In this document: positions 1 to 8,925 of the stretch, in pieces
Position numbering within the stretch: the stretch's first letter is position 1
Layout: each line of letters starts with the position of its first letter
Virus record (IMG/VR): IMGVR_UViG_3300024513_000016
Coordinates: 1 to 64,000 of that record
Direction: 5' to 3' (one strand)
DNA from: a virus
Length of the DNA: 64,000 bases
Notes under the pieces: model-generated
Seen by the model: the letters and a program-made list of their open reading frames with translations, nothing else
Databases searched by the model: none
Told to the model about the DNA's origin: nothing
Program-made: the position numbers and the translations under genes

Positions 1-24
1 AAAAAAAGACCCCTTGCAGGGTCT
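1..24 (-). terminator. Rho-independent terminator after the 466-aa gene
   Basis: Minus strand AGACCCT-GCAA-GGGGTCT followed by a T-run, 21 nt after the stop codon at 46. Confidence 0.85.
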
Positions 25-45
25 GGGGACAGTTTATGGAGTGTC

Positions 46-1446
46 TCACTGGGGCATTGGTTTTCCAGGAGTTCTACTTCTAGCAACTTGAGAATTATAT
101 CTCCTTCTTTCATCTCCAGTTGGACCTGCACCTTGTCTTGGTTGCATACCACCTACACCACGGTCAATATGAGTATCACCTTGTTTAATTTTCTCCCTCT
201 GACCTGGAGTTGTAGTTGTAAATGTCCCAGGAACTGGTTTATTTGGACCTACTCCAATATCAGTTCCAGGAATACTTAATGATGGTCTAACTTTCACTGA
301 ACCAGGAACTCCACCTTTCATAGCAATAACTTCTGCTTCGATAATTGTTTGTCTCCACTCTTCACTCATATTTGCCATAATGACTAATGCATTTTCATTA
401 GTATCTGCATATCCTTCTGCAACCAGATACTCAAGAATAACATCAAACAAATCTGGTTCATATGAATTAGCAAGATTCTTTTTACCTTGTGCAATTACCT
501 GGTCTTTAGTCATACCAGTTGCTTTCATCTTTGCGGCACCACCACCAGCAGCAAAATCATCCATTGGTTTTTTTGGTGTAGATTGCTGTTGAGCAGGTTT
601 GTTTATTCTATTTGAGAAATCTTGTTGTGCTTTTGCTTGCTTTGCTTTTTGTCCTGCATAAAGAACATCACTTACACTGCTTCCCTTTTTCAGTGCTGCT
701 TGTCCACCACCTGCTTTGAGTCCTGCATATCCACCTCTATCAGAAAATTGCTTTGAACCAATCTGATTTGAAGCATATGCATTTCTTTGGGCACTTGTAG
801 TGAAACGACTATTTGGATTTATTGCCATTTCATCAATCTCATAATCATAGTCTTGCTTCAAGACATTACCAAGAGTTTCCTTTGCCTTATCATACATTCC
901 CTGTGCTTGATTTCTTCCCCTTCTTCCACCTTCATTCTTAATAACATCACCAATAATAGGAACATTTGCACCAGGGACACTCTTTGCTTTTTCTCTGCCA
1001 ATTACCTCACCAACTCTGCCTGCAGTATCTCTAGCAGCTTTATCTAATGAACCAAGGAGTCCACCAGCAGGTTTTGGTGCTTGTGCTACTGGTCCTGTTG
1101 GTCTTGGAGTTGTTACTGGACCACCAGGAGTTCTTACAGGTCCACCAGGAGTTCTAACTTGTCCACTGCCAGTAGTTGTTGGTTTTCTATCAAATCTTGG
1201 ATCAAACCCACCTCTTGCACTTACATCTCTACTTCTTATATCTTCTTCAATTTCTTCACCTTCTGGTTCATAAGCAGCATTTTGCAGTGTTGATTTGGGA
1301 GTATATACCTTCTCTCCCTTTGGAATCATTTTTTGCAATTGATTCTTTGCATCACGGTCAGATGCACTCTTTAGAGGAACACCAATCTGCTGCTCATAAA
1401 CATTAGTATATGCTTCGTAGAGATTGCGTAAGTCTTGGGAATCCAT
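46..1446 (-). CDS. Low-complexity putative internal head/virion protein (possible polyprotein)
   Basis: Basic Gly/Pro/Lys/Arg-rich segments separated by acidic linkers (EEIEE, YEIDE, TIIEA); module DLFDVILEYLVAEGYADT..A..IM.NMSEEW recalled from cyanophage virion proteins; CTAAATA upstream. Confidence 0.6.
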   Translation of the reverse strand: MDSQDLRNLYEAYTNVYEQQIGVPLKSASDRDAKNQLQKMIPKGEKVYTPKSTLQNAAYEPEGEEIEEDIRSRDVSARGGFDPRFDRKPTTTGSGQVRTPGGPVRTPGGPVTTPRPTGPVAQAPKPAGGLLGSLDKAARDTAGRVGEVIGREKAKSVPGANVPIIGDVIKNEGGRRGRNQAQGMYDKAKETLGNVLKQDYDYEIDEMAINPNSRFTTSAQRNAYASNQIGSKQFSDRGGYAGLKAGGGQAALKKGSSVSDVLYAGQKAKQAKAQQDFSNRINKPAQQQSTPKKPMDDFAAGGGAAKMKATGMTKDQVIAQGKKNLANSYEPDLFDVILEYLVAEGYADTNENALVIMANMSEEWRQTIIEAEVIAMKGGVPGSVKVRPSLSIPGTDIGVGPNKPVPGTFTTTTPGQREKIKQGDTHIDRGVGGMQPRQGAGPTGDERRRYNSQVARSRTPGKPMPQ

Positions 1447-1462
1447 ATTTATAGTTTTTTAT

Positions 1463-2161
1463 TTATTTAGGTTTAGTCCATCCTTTATGTTGTTTTTGTT
1501 TTCCACATAAAACTCTACGAATACAACTATAATTTAAATTATTTTCAATACAAAATTTAGTAAGATTAACTTCTTCTACTATATTTCCATCTGGACTAAT
1601 AATTTTAAATTTCTTCCAAAAATGTGGTTTGGATTTTCCTTTATGTAAATCACTTAACTTTTTTCTAGTTTCTTCAGTAAAAACTTGATTTGCTCTCTTT
1701 TCTTTTATTTTTCGTTTTGCTTCTTCGGTATGCTTTATTCCAGTTCTTCCTTTTTTTATTTTTTCTATAACTTCTGGGGGTCTCTTTTTACCTATTAATG
1801 CTTTACTTATTTTCAATTTTGTTTCATCAGTAAATTTTTGAAGTGCTCTTTTTTCTTTAATTTTTTGTTTAGTTTCTTCACTCATATTACAGACACCATC
1901 ACCACCATTAGTTTTGTTCTGTAAAATTCCCATTCCCAAATCTTTCCTTCCATAAACAGAAATCATATAAATCTCGTGCTTATAGGCATTTTCTGCTGTA
2001 ATATTCTTTTTAAGAAAAATTATTCTAGATTTATCTTTCGGGGGCTTAATATCTGTTGCTTTTCTTTTATGTATTCTATTCCCACTACCTTTACCTATGT
2101 AGTAAGGTGTTCTATCTTCACGCAAATATGCATAGGTATAAAATCGGTTAGGATTTACCAT
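1463..2161 (-). CDS. Free-standing GIY-YIG homing endonuclease with NUMOD3-like DNA-binding repeats
   Basis: FYTYAYLR..YYIGKG..R, catalytic E in AYKHE, N in LQNKTNGG; repeated (S/T)EET(K/R)xK(I/L) motifs. ATG at 2161 preferred over TTG at 2185. Confidence 0.9.
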   Translation of the reverse strand: MVNPNRFYTYAYLREDRTPYYIGKGSGNRIHKRKATDIKPPKDKSRIIFLKKNITAENAYKHEIYMISVYGRKDLGMGILQNKTNGGDGVCNMSEETKQKIKEKRALQKFTDETKLKISKALIGKKRPPEVIEKIKKGRTGIKHTEEAKRKIKEKRANQVFTEETRKKLSDLHKGKSKPHFWKKFKIISPDGNIVEEVNLTKFCIENNLNYSCIRRVLCGKQKQHKGWTKPK

Positions 2162-2172
2162 TTCTACTCTTA

Positions 2173-2248
2173 AATTGGTTCGCAATAGTATTTATACAAG
2201 AAAAGGAGCATTTCTGCTCCTCCTCTACCTTAAAGATGCGAACCAATT
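2173..2248 (-). promoter_or_regulatory. Endonuclease control region: 12-bp inverted repeat enclosing a terminator hairpin and TATAAATA late promoter
   Basis: AATTGGTTCGCA (2173-2184) / TGCGAACCAATT (2237-2248); GGAGCA-GAAA-TGCTCC-TTTTCTT (2198-2220, minus); TATAAATA (2189-2196, minus). Confidence 0.75.
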
Positions 2249-2257
2249 AAGGCATTA

Positions 2258-3109
2258 CTATTTATCAACTGCTCCAGTCATTAGTCCCGTTTTGTTGCTC
2301 TTATCACTGCTTCTCTTGCCAAACACTTTCTTATAAAGTTTTGCTCTCTTTGCTACTCCAGTCTTTTGATCTTCACCAGACATCACTGCTGTTGGTTTTC
2401 CAACTACAGTCTCACCTTTCTTTGCACCTGCTCTCTTGAGATGCTTTGGAGTATCTTTTAGTGCTTGAATAAAGTTTCTACCTCTTTCCATTTGATTATC
2501 TGGGTCACCTTTTCCGACATCACTATCACGGTGCATAATATCTACAGTATGAACTGGACCTCTCTTATTAGCACCTGATTTAGAGATTTGCTTTTTCAAA
2601 TCCTTTACTCTTCTTACACTTTCACTTGAAGGTGCAGTTTTCAATCTAGTCATTCCAGTTGGAGTTTTTCCTGCTGTTTTGAACTTACGGATTAACTGTT
2701 CTCCCTTTGCTGCTTTTCTTGCTGATGCGTGAGTACGAATGTAATGATCCTGCTCGGTGCTGCCATAATCATCTTCAGTATCTTCACTATCATAAGTTGT
2801 GTAGTCTTTTGCTTTGGTTCTCAAATCTTTGGTGGAATACTTACCAGTTCCTTTGAGTCCTGCTTTCTTTGCAATCGCAGCAGTAGATCTTTCTTGCCTT
2901 GTCATATCAGCACCACGACCACGAGCAAGAGTTACCTTGCCTCGTGTTCTTCTACCACTTCTTTCACCAGTTGAACTCTCTTCAAGTTCTTCAATATCTT
3001 CTTTCACACAACGATTATAAGTCTTCCCAAAGAGTTTTTGTGTCCCTTTCTTCTTATAACCAGGCCAGCACTTTTTTGCTTCAGAAATAAATTCCTGATA
3101 TGTCTTCAT
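2258..3109 (-). CDS. Basic putative internal head protein with T4-type capsid-targeting leader
   Basis: Starts MKTYQEFISEA (T4 IPIII leader is MKTYQEFIAE); CWPGY...NRCVKE mini-module; very K/R-rich. Confidence 0.7.
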   Translation of the reverse strand: MKTYQEFISEAKKCWPGYKKKGTQKLFGKTYNRCVKEDIEELEESSTGERSGRRTRGKVTLARGRGADMTRQERSTAAIAKKAGLKGTGKYSTKDLRTKAKDYTTYDSEDTEDDYGSTEQDHYIRTHASARKAAKGEQLIRKFKTAGKTPTGMTRLKTAPSSESVRRVKDLKKQISKSGANKRGPVHTVDIMHRDSDVGKGDPDNQMERGRNFIQALKDTPKHLKRAGAKKGETVVGKPTAVMSGEDQKTGVAKRAKLYKKVFGKRSSDKSNKTGLMTGAVDK

Positions 3110-3579
3110 TGTCCACCACCCATTGAACGTGATCTTTGTGCTCTCTTCAATGCAACTTTATATTCTGGGGATGGACCTGAACCAATAGGTCTTTCTCCTT
3201 TTTCTCTCTTTGCTCTTTCTATTTTTTGTTGTTCCAACTTACCAACACCTCTCTTTCTTCCAGGTGCTTCTGCACCACTTCCACCACCTCCATGTGCATG
3301 TCTCTTATAAGTTCCAAGAACTTCATAACGAGAAGCATAGGGATTAGTTGCAGTGTCAATCATCCCTTGTTTAGTTCTACCTAATGATGCTTCACGAGAT
3401 ACAGTTTTCTTTTCTGACTTTTTTAATTTCCACTTTGTATCACTACCTTCAGGTTGTCTTTCAACTCTAGCAGACTTTACAGTTGTATAAAGAGGAGTCT
3501 TTTTCTTTCCAGCAACTTTATCTTCTTTACGCATTTCGTAAAGATGTGCTTCTTCTAGAAACTCTTTAAAGGTCTTCAT
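3106..3579 (-). CDS. Basic putative internal head protein with capsid-targeting-like leader
   Basis: Starts MKTFKEFLEEAHLYE; K/R-rich; ATAAATA at 3600-3606. Confidence 0.65.
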   Translation of the reverse strand: MKTFKEFLEEAHLYEMRKEDKVAGKKKTPLYTTVKSARVERQPEGSDTKWKLKKSEKKTVSREASLGRTKQGMIDTATNPYASRYEVLGTYKRHAHGGGGSGAEAPGRKRGVGKLEQQKIERAKREKGERPIGSGPSPEYKVALKRAQRSRSMGGGQ

Positions 3580-3606
3580 CTTTTTATAACTTTTATTTTT
3601 ATTTAT

Positions 3607-4626
3607 CTAGGATTTTGCTTTTGCTTTTTTCTTTTGTCTTCTCACTGCTGCAGAAAGAAGTTCTTTATGAGGAATTGAACCAGAAACAATATCTTTTGTT
3701 TTTGATTCTATTTCATGTGCTCCACCCTTTCTATGATAAATTCCAGGTTTATCTGAAGGATCAGTAGATCTCTTAGCACCCATTATATTTCTTGGATGAT
3801 GTCCATGATAAACCCCTTGCGAAGCATCTTTTTTTACTCGTTCTTTCCACTCTGCATCACTCATAGATGACTTCAATTTTGAAGAATAATGTAGTGGAGT
3901 AATATGATGTGCTTCTAATCCTTTAGACTTCAATTTTCTTATTTTAGTATCTGCAGTTCTTCTTTCTTCACTCGAACTTAAATTTTCAATTCTTTCTTTT
4001 CTTCTTCCTCTTTCACCTACACCTCCAGATTTAGGTTTAAGTCTCCATTTTGGATTTTCAGTGCTGCCAGCATTATTAGCATAATAACCTGATGGAATCC
4101 CACCATGATGTTTTTCTAATTCAGATCTACTTGAAAAATATCTCTGTGCTTCAATTAAATATACTTCTTCAAAAAACTCTTTAAATGTTTTTTTCTTATT
4201 TCCCCAATTCTTTGCTCCTACTTTTCTACACTTAACTAATGCTCCAGAAGCATAAGCACTTGGCCATACACTATAACGAGATTTTACTTTATGATAACAT
4301 GCATCTTTTTCTTCAGTTGCAACCATTTTTGCTTTCCCTCTCTTATTTGGGTCTGGATCTTGACGATTCTTACGTTCAAAAGCTTTCTGCTCTTCTTCAT
4401 CAGAAAGTGCTGCTTTCATCTTGCTAGAACCACACTTCGGTTTTGTAGTTTGTCCTGGTTGTTTTGCACAAGGTTTTCCTGCATATCTTCCACCCAACTG
4501 AACCCAACCAGGTTTACCATCTGATGACTTACTTTTAGTAAACCAATCATGAAGAGAATAATCTCCAGATTTTCTACCTTCATAGATATTATCAAAATCT
4601 AAAAAAAACTCTCTAAAACCTTTCAT
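3607..4626 (-). CDS. Putative internal head protein fused to a C-terminal HNH-like domain
   Basis: MKGFREFF start; modules SLHDWF..GWV..PCA and KDACYHKVKSRY.VWPSAYASGALVKCRK; internal KKTFKEFFEEVYLIEA; then EAHHITP...HHPRN...YH...H; CTAAATA at 4646-4652. Confidence 0.6.
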   Translation of the reverse strand: MKGFREFFLDFDNIYEGRKSGDYSLHDWFTKSKSSDGKPGWVQLGGRYAGKPCAKQPGQTTKPKCGSSKMKAALSDEEEQKAFERKNRQDPDPNKRGKAKMVATEEKDACYHKVKSRYSVWPSAYASGALVKCRKVGAKNWGNKKKTFKEFFEEVYLIEAQRYFSSRSELEKHHGGIPSGYYANNAGSTENPKWRLKPKSGGVGERGRRKERIENLSSSEERRTADTKIRKLKSKGLEAHHITPLHYSSKLKSSMSDAEWKERVKKDASQGVYHGHHPRNIMGAKRSTDPSDKPGIYHRKGGAHEIESKTKDIVSGSIPHKELLSAAVRRQKKKAKAKS

Positions 4627-4648
4627 ATTCTAATATCTTTTAAAATAT

Positions 4649-4813
4649 TTAGTAATTTGTAGGTTTTTCTTGATTTGAATAATCTCCTTTTCCAACAAGG
4701 GACTGGACAAATAATTCAGTAAATTTTTCCATTTTATCTGGATGTACTGATGCTGGATTGTATGAAATTGCATCCTTAAGTGCTACAAGTTCTTCCCAAT
4801 CGTTGTTTTTCAT
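4649..4813 (-). CDS. Small hypothetical protein (54 aa, MKNNDWEELVALKDAISYNPASVHP...), not in ORF track
   Basis: Translated by hand; fills the intergenic gap; CTAAATA at 4844-4850. Confidence 0.65.
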   Translation of the reverse strand: MKNNDWEELVALKDAISYNPASVHPDKMEKFTELFVQSLVGKGDYSNQEKPTNY

Positions 4814-4913
4814 TTTTGTCAGGGTTTCAAAACATTCCTACTATATTTAGAACAAAATCATAGAAATTGCAAGGGTTTTAGAGGGGTTTAACAATCTCTA
4901 AAGATTTTAAAAA

Positions 4914-5228
4914 TCATTCAAAATTGATAATTTCTTGATTCTGATAAAATTCCCATAATGCATTATGTAAATTTGAGAGATCCATAATCCAAAATCCTTG
5001 GGGATAAATTCCTAATTCTTTCTGCAATTGTCTATGTGAACAACCAGATTTCTCTGCTTCACATGCGATTTCAATTACTGCTTGAACTGCAGAAAACCTA
5101 TCCTCATCTGATAGATTTTTATACCACTCTAAAGATTTTTCCCTACGTTCTTTTATCAAATTTTGCAAATTTTCTAGGTTTTTTTCAACCTTCTCTATAA
5201 CTTCAACTTTAGATTCAGAGTCCATCAT
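4914..5228 (-). CDS. Hypothetical protein
   Basis: ORF coupled to upstream gene. Confidence 0.7.
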   Translation of the reverse strand: MMDSESKVEVIEKVEKNLENLQNLIKERREKSLEWYKNLSDEDRFSAVQAVIEIACEAEKSGCSHRQLQKELGIYPQGFWIMDLSNLHNALWEFYQNQEIINFE

Positions 5229-5452
5229 TAGAAAATTCCTCCAAAGAAATCCTTTCCATCTTTGCTACTAAATTTTTCTTCAACTTTATCCATAAATTTA
5301 TCAGTTTTAATCAAAGAATCGATTCTATAAATAAGATCCGAAATTTCTCTGGAAACAAAAGGTTTTTCTTGCCTTGCAGCATATGCTAATGCATTTCTTA
5401 GACATTGTTCTGCTTCCTTTAGTGATCCTTCTACTGATTGGGAAAGTGCCAT
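5228..5452 (-). CDS. Hypothetical protein (conserved cyanophage type)
   Basis: Coupled ORF, MALSQSVE.SL.EA...LRNALA.AAR.E. Confidence 0.75.
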   Translation of the reverse strand: MALSQSVEGSLKEAEQCLRNALAYAARQEKPFVSREISDLIYRIDSLIKTDKFMDKVEEKFSSKDGKDFFGGIF

Positions 5453-5724
5453 TATTCCATTCTCCGATAATGATTTTGCAATACTTCAATTAATCTAGCA
5501 GTAATTTCTTTATTTAACAAGATTTCTGAAAATGCTCCAGAATTATAACTAGATCTTTTACCTAAAATATAGTTAAAAGCATACTTTAACCTATTCCAAA
5601 ACCCAACATCAGACAAATGAACTTCTACATATAGATCATTATAATCTTCATCATCATCGAAAGAAGTAATAATAAATTGATGATCTACACTACCACAAGA
5701 ACATACAAACAATTCTTGTTTCAT
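5452..5724 (-). CDS. Hypothetical protein with CxC..H motif
   Basis: Coupled ORF, FVCSCGSVDH. Confidence 0.7.
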   Translation of the reverse strand: MKQELFVCSCGSVDHQFIITSFDDDEDYNDLYVEVHLSDVGFWNRLKYAFNYILGKRSSYNSGAFSEILLNKEITARLIEVLQNHYRRME

Positions 5725-6494
5725 GATTCTTTAATCCAAAATCCATCAGCAGTCATTGTCCAACCTTCTGCAATCATTTCATCATAAGTTTTATATTTTT
5801 CAGGTTGATTATTATCTACTTTTTGAAGTTTGAATGATCCATCTCGATTATCAATCCACTCTAGAGTATCACCCTCTTTCCAACCAATTTCATTCAATAG
5901 ACTCTCGGGAAGAATAAGATTATAGTCATCGTCAATCGTCACTTTCCATTTTTTTGTTATATTTCTGCGATAATCTTTTGGTGGAAACATTTTATCAAAT
6001 TCATCATTATTTACATTTTTCCAACCAAAATGTATTTGATGTGGAGGTAATGGACTCTTAGATGCATAATCTAGTTCTACTCTTTTATTATAATATTCTG
6101 CTTCACGTAGATTATATTCTCTACATTGTTCTTTTTCTTCATCGGATGCTGCTTTATCGCACATTGCATCCAATTCTTCTTCAGTATATTGCGAGTTTGC
6201 TTTATTTAAATTGTTATTATTTTCAATAAAAGATTGTCCAGTTAGAATATCAATTCGAGTTTCTAGTGAATTTTCCAAACGATATAGTTCATTTGTCGTT
6301 GATAGGTTTTCTTCTTCAAGTACATTTACTCGATCATATAATTCCCTATTCTTATGCTCTAGACTAGAAATCCTAGTCATCAATTGATCAATAAAATCCG
6401 ACAAATTGGTCTTCTGACCAGTGATCATATCATTTATATTAACTTGATAATCTTCAATTGTATTTTCTTTTGTAAGATTTTTAATAATATTCAT
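5721..6494 (-). CDS. Coiled-coil protein with C-terminal AbrB/MazE-like DNA-binding domain
   Basis: VTIDDDYNLILPESLLNEIGWKEGDTLEW fits the swapped-hairpin AbrB pattern. Confidence 0.6.
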   Translation of the reverse strand: MNIIKNLTKENTIEDYQVNINDMITGQKTNLSDFIDQLMTRISSLEHKNRELYDRVNVLEEENLSTTNELYRLENSLETRIDILTGQSFIENNNNLNKANSQYTEEELDAMCDKAASDEEKEQCREYNLREAEYYNKRVELDYASKSPLPPHQIHFGWKNVNNDEFDKMFPPKDYRRNITKKWKVTIDDDYNLILPESLLNEIGWKEGDTLEWIDNRDGSFKLQKVDNNQPEKYKTYDEMIAEGWTMTADGFWIKES

Positions 6495-6540
6495 AATATA
6501 CGATTAGATTTTTTTACTTTAATGTTAATTAGTTAAAAAG

Positions 6541-6816
6541 TCAAGATTTTTTTACAGGAGTAACACATTCACTACAATAAGTATCTTCCAATAACTCAAC
6601 TTCATCTGATGAAACTACTGTCCATTCTCCTGATTTATCGCAAAAATGTTCCCAAATTGGAATATTTTCCGATTCCATACGACGATATTGCTTTCCTCTA
6701 TAGGGTTTAAAATAATCCCCAGTAAAATGTCTAGAAACTTCTAATTTTTGAATTTGCATAGATTCTACTATTCTTTGAAGTTCTACTATTTGTTTTTGAA
6801 TTTCTTCGATAGTCAT
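6541..6816 (-). CDS. Hypothetical protein
   Basis: ORF on the coding strand. Confidence 0.65.
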   Translation of the reverse strand: MTIEEIQKQIVELQRIVESMQIQKLEVSRHFTGDYFKPYRGKQYRRMESENIPIWEHFCDKSGEWTVVSSDEVELLEDTYCSECVTPVKKS

Positions 6817-6862
6817 AATAGTTCTTATGTGTGGTTAATACTATTTAATCTTATTAAATTTT

Positions 6863-7288
6863 TTATATAAATTGTACATTTCTAGAAAGTGTTATTCTTT
6901 TACATGATTTATCATCTTTAATAATTTCTACAAGATCTGCAAAGTAATCTTCAACCTCAGATAATCCAGAGGAACAACCATATTCCCATGCTTTTTCAAA
7001 TAATTTATTTGCTTTTGGATGATGAGTAATTTCATACTTTTTAATAAGATCACAACAAAATTCATCTTGTAATCTTTTGTTTTCTCTATGATAATGTTCC
7101 AAGTGTGTTTGATATGAAACTTCGTCTAAAACTTTTTCTTCTACACAGTTTTTTGGTGATTCAAAGTCTTCATCAAATTGTCTTTTCATTGCTACCATTA
7201 CCCCCTTTCGGTAATAATAGATGGTCATATATTTGTCTTTTGTTGGAACCGAAACTGTATTATTTTGATAACATGAATAAGGTCTCAT
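6863..7288 (-). CDS. Hypothetical protein
   Basis: ORF; HPKA.KLF.KAWE.G.SSGL.EV motif typical of phage early proteins. Confidence 0.7.
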   Translation of the reverse strand: MRPYSCYQNNTVSVPTKDKYMTIYYYRKGVMVAMKRQFDEDFESPKNCVEEKVLDEVSYQTHLEHYHRENKRLQDEFCCDLIKKYEITHHPKANKLFEKAWEYGCSSGLSEVEDYFADLVEIIKDDKSCKRITLSRNVQFI

Positions 7289-7447
7289 AAAATATTCATT
7301 TGTTTTTTCGATAGGTTAGTTCAAGATCGATTGGTCAATCTTGAAAAAACTATAAGATATAAAGATTATAGTGTCTATACCTTTTTTTGGAAATATTGCA
7401 GCATAAATGACGCATTATAAGAGAGTCTTATTGTTCCAAACACCTAT

Positions 7448-7654
7448 TCAATCTTCCAAATAGTAAATATTTTCCTTTGGTCTATTTTGTTGTTTTTTAA
7501 TGAATTTAGTTGCACTTTCAAGTGAATAAAATTCTATTCTTTTTGGAGGAAAGTCAAAATCCCAAAAATCCCACCACATAAAATATTTTTTATATTGTGG
7601 ATAGAAAACTAAATCTCCAGAAAAATTTGATCGTTCTACAATTCGAAATTTCAT
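7448..7654 (-). CDS. Hypothetical protein
   Basis: Coupled ORF. Confidence 0.7.
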   Translation of the reverse strand: MKFRIVERSNFSGDLVFYPQYKKYFMWWDFWDFDFPPKRIEFYSLESATKFIKKQQNRPKENIYYLED

Positions 7655-7863
7655 TTTTTTAATTCAGGTACTTCTTTTTGATAATCTACATCATTCCAAT
7701 GCCGAATTACTCCAGCTACAATAAAACAATTTGTAATCAAATATGTTGCAAATATAACGGTTCTTACAATAGAAATAATATCTGCTTCCCTATCATCTTT
7801 TCCGTGTTTTTCACCCAAAGAATAACTCCACAATCTCCAAATCGTTTTTCTTTGCTTTTTCAT
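7651..7863 (-). CDS. Small membrane protein
   Basis: One hydrophobic helix IISIVRTVIFATYLITNCFIVAGVI. Confidence 0.7.
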   Translation of the reverse strand: MKKQRKTIWRLWSYSLGEKHGKDDREADIISIVRTVIFATYLITNCFIVAGVIRHWNDVDYQKEVPELKK

Positions 7864-7869
7864 TGATAA

Positions 7870-8109
7870 TTATTCTTCTAATTTCTTTGGTTCAGTATCA
7901 TAGACATCAAATGATCCTTTTTTTAAGTTATGTCTAGATATGTATTTTTTTAAATGATCTTCGCAAACGAAATAACAGTATTTTTTATCTTTTCCTTCTT
8001 TATAAAATAATGTTATTGGAAAAAATTCATGAAAAGGTGGGACCTGCATATCTATACTAGAAGCAGTCCCACCTGTTTTTATTATTTTAGACTTCGATTT
8101 CCTTTTCAT
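7870..8109 (-). CDS. Hypothetical protein
   Basis: ORF in operon. Confidence 0.7.
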   Translation of the reverse strand: MKRKSKSKIIKTGGTASSIDMQVPPFHEFFPITLFYKEGKDKKYCYFVCEDHLKKYISRHNLKKGSFDVYDTEPKKLEE

Positions 8110-8113
8110 AAGT

Positions 8114-8722
8114 CTAATCCAAAGTAAGATTGAAAGAGAATGTCATTCTCATATTATCTTTGTGATAATCATATGATGTGACAGAGTGTTCAAAATATGG
8201 AGGAAACAATAAAACATCACCATCTTCTACGGATGGTGAAAAATCGGAATAGTAAAAATCATGCAATTCACAATCTTCATAACCAGGAAATAACTGGGTA
8301 CTATACATTTTATTTGGTCTATAAAACTTAGTAGGTGAAGCATTTTTATTGTAATATACTCCAGACCAATAGATAGCCTTATGCCCAGGGACGGCTAAAT
8401 GATTATGAGTTTCCTGTCCTTGATTGTCATGATATATGTTATACCAGAAATCAGAAAAATAATAATTCAATGGGCATTTTAATTGAATGAGAACTTCATC
8501 AATATCTTTAGTTAGATCTAAAATCATTTGTTCCCTGACTTCAGAAGGAACAAGAAGATCATCATCAGGAATATTCGGGAAAGTAGAGTTCAATGGAACT
8601 ATCCATCCCTTTGGTAGGTTTACCTGTTTTTCAATGTCATTGAAAAAATATTTGTGATGTTCTTTAAATCTAAATTTAATAATTGGAATAGGAAATAAAG
8701 CTAAAACATTAAAATCTATCAT
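8114..8722 (-). CDS. Putative 2OG-Fe(II) oxygenase (TIGR02466-like)
   Basis: LFPIPI start, WYNIY..Q..HNH, WSGVYY, EDGDVLLFP.Y.EHSV, RMTFSFN. Confidence 0.85.
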   Translation of the reverse strand: MIDFNVLALFPIPIIKFRFKEHHKYFFNDIEKQVNLPKGWIVPLNSTFPNIPDDDLLVPSEVREQMILDLTKDIDEVLIQLKCPLNYYFSDFWYNIYHDNQGQETHNHLAVPGHKAIYWSGVYYNKNASPTKFYRPNKMYSTQLFPGYEDCELHDFYYSDFSPSVEDGDVLLFPPYFEHSVTSYDYHKDNMRMTFSFNLTLD

Positions 8723-8925
8723 TTAAGTTTAGAAAGTTCACGAATTTTGTAATAGTTTAACAGATCTTCTATAAATTCCAAAGAAACATTATAATATTCT
8801 GAGATCATTTCATTAGTCCAATTGGAAGAATTGACGAATTGTGCTAATTGTAATGGATCATAAGATTCAAAGGTCGTACTCTTTGTTCTTTTTCTGGTTT
8901 TTTTCGTGGAAGTTTTAAGTTTCAT
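8719..8925 (-). CDS. Hypothetical protein, possible HTH (likely start MKLKT at 8925)
   Basis: 3' part of track ORF 8719..9012; upstream part overlaps a better ORF. Confidence 0.55.
   Translation of the reverse strand: MKLKTSTKKTRKRTKSTTFESYDPLQLAQFVNSSNWTNEMISEYYNVSLEFIEDLLNYYKIRELSKLK

Noticed and set aside
28-45. Imperfect palindrome GACA-N10-TGTC next to the terminator as an operator
   Set aside because: Single short instance at the window edge; cannot be supported without further copies.
7320-7345. 11-bp hairpin in the 7289-7447 gap as a terminator or ncRNA
   Set aside because: No U-tract after it on the coding strand and no clear promoter; function cannot be assigned.
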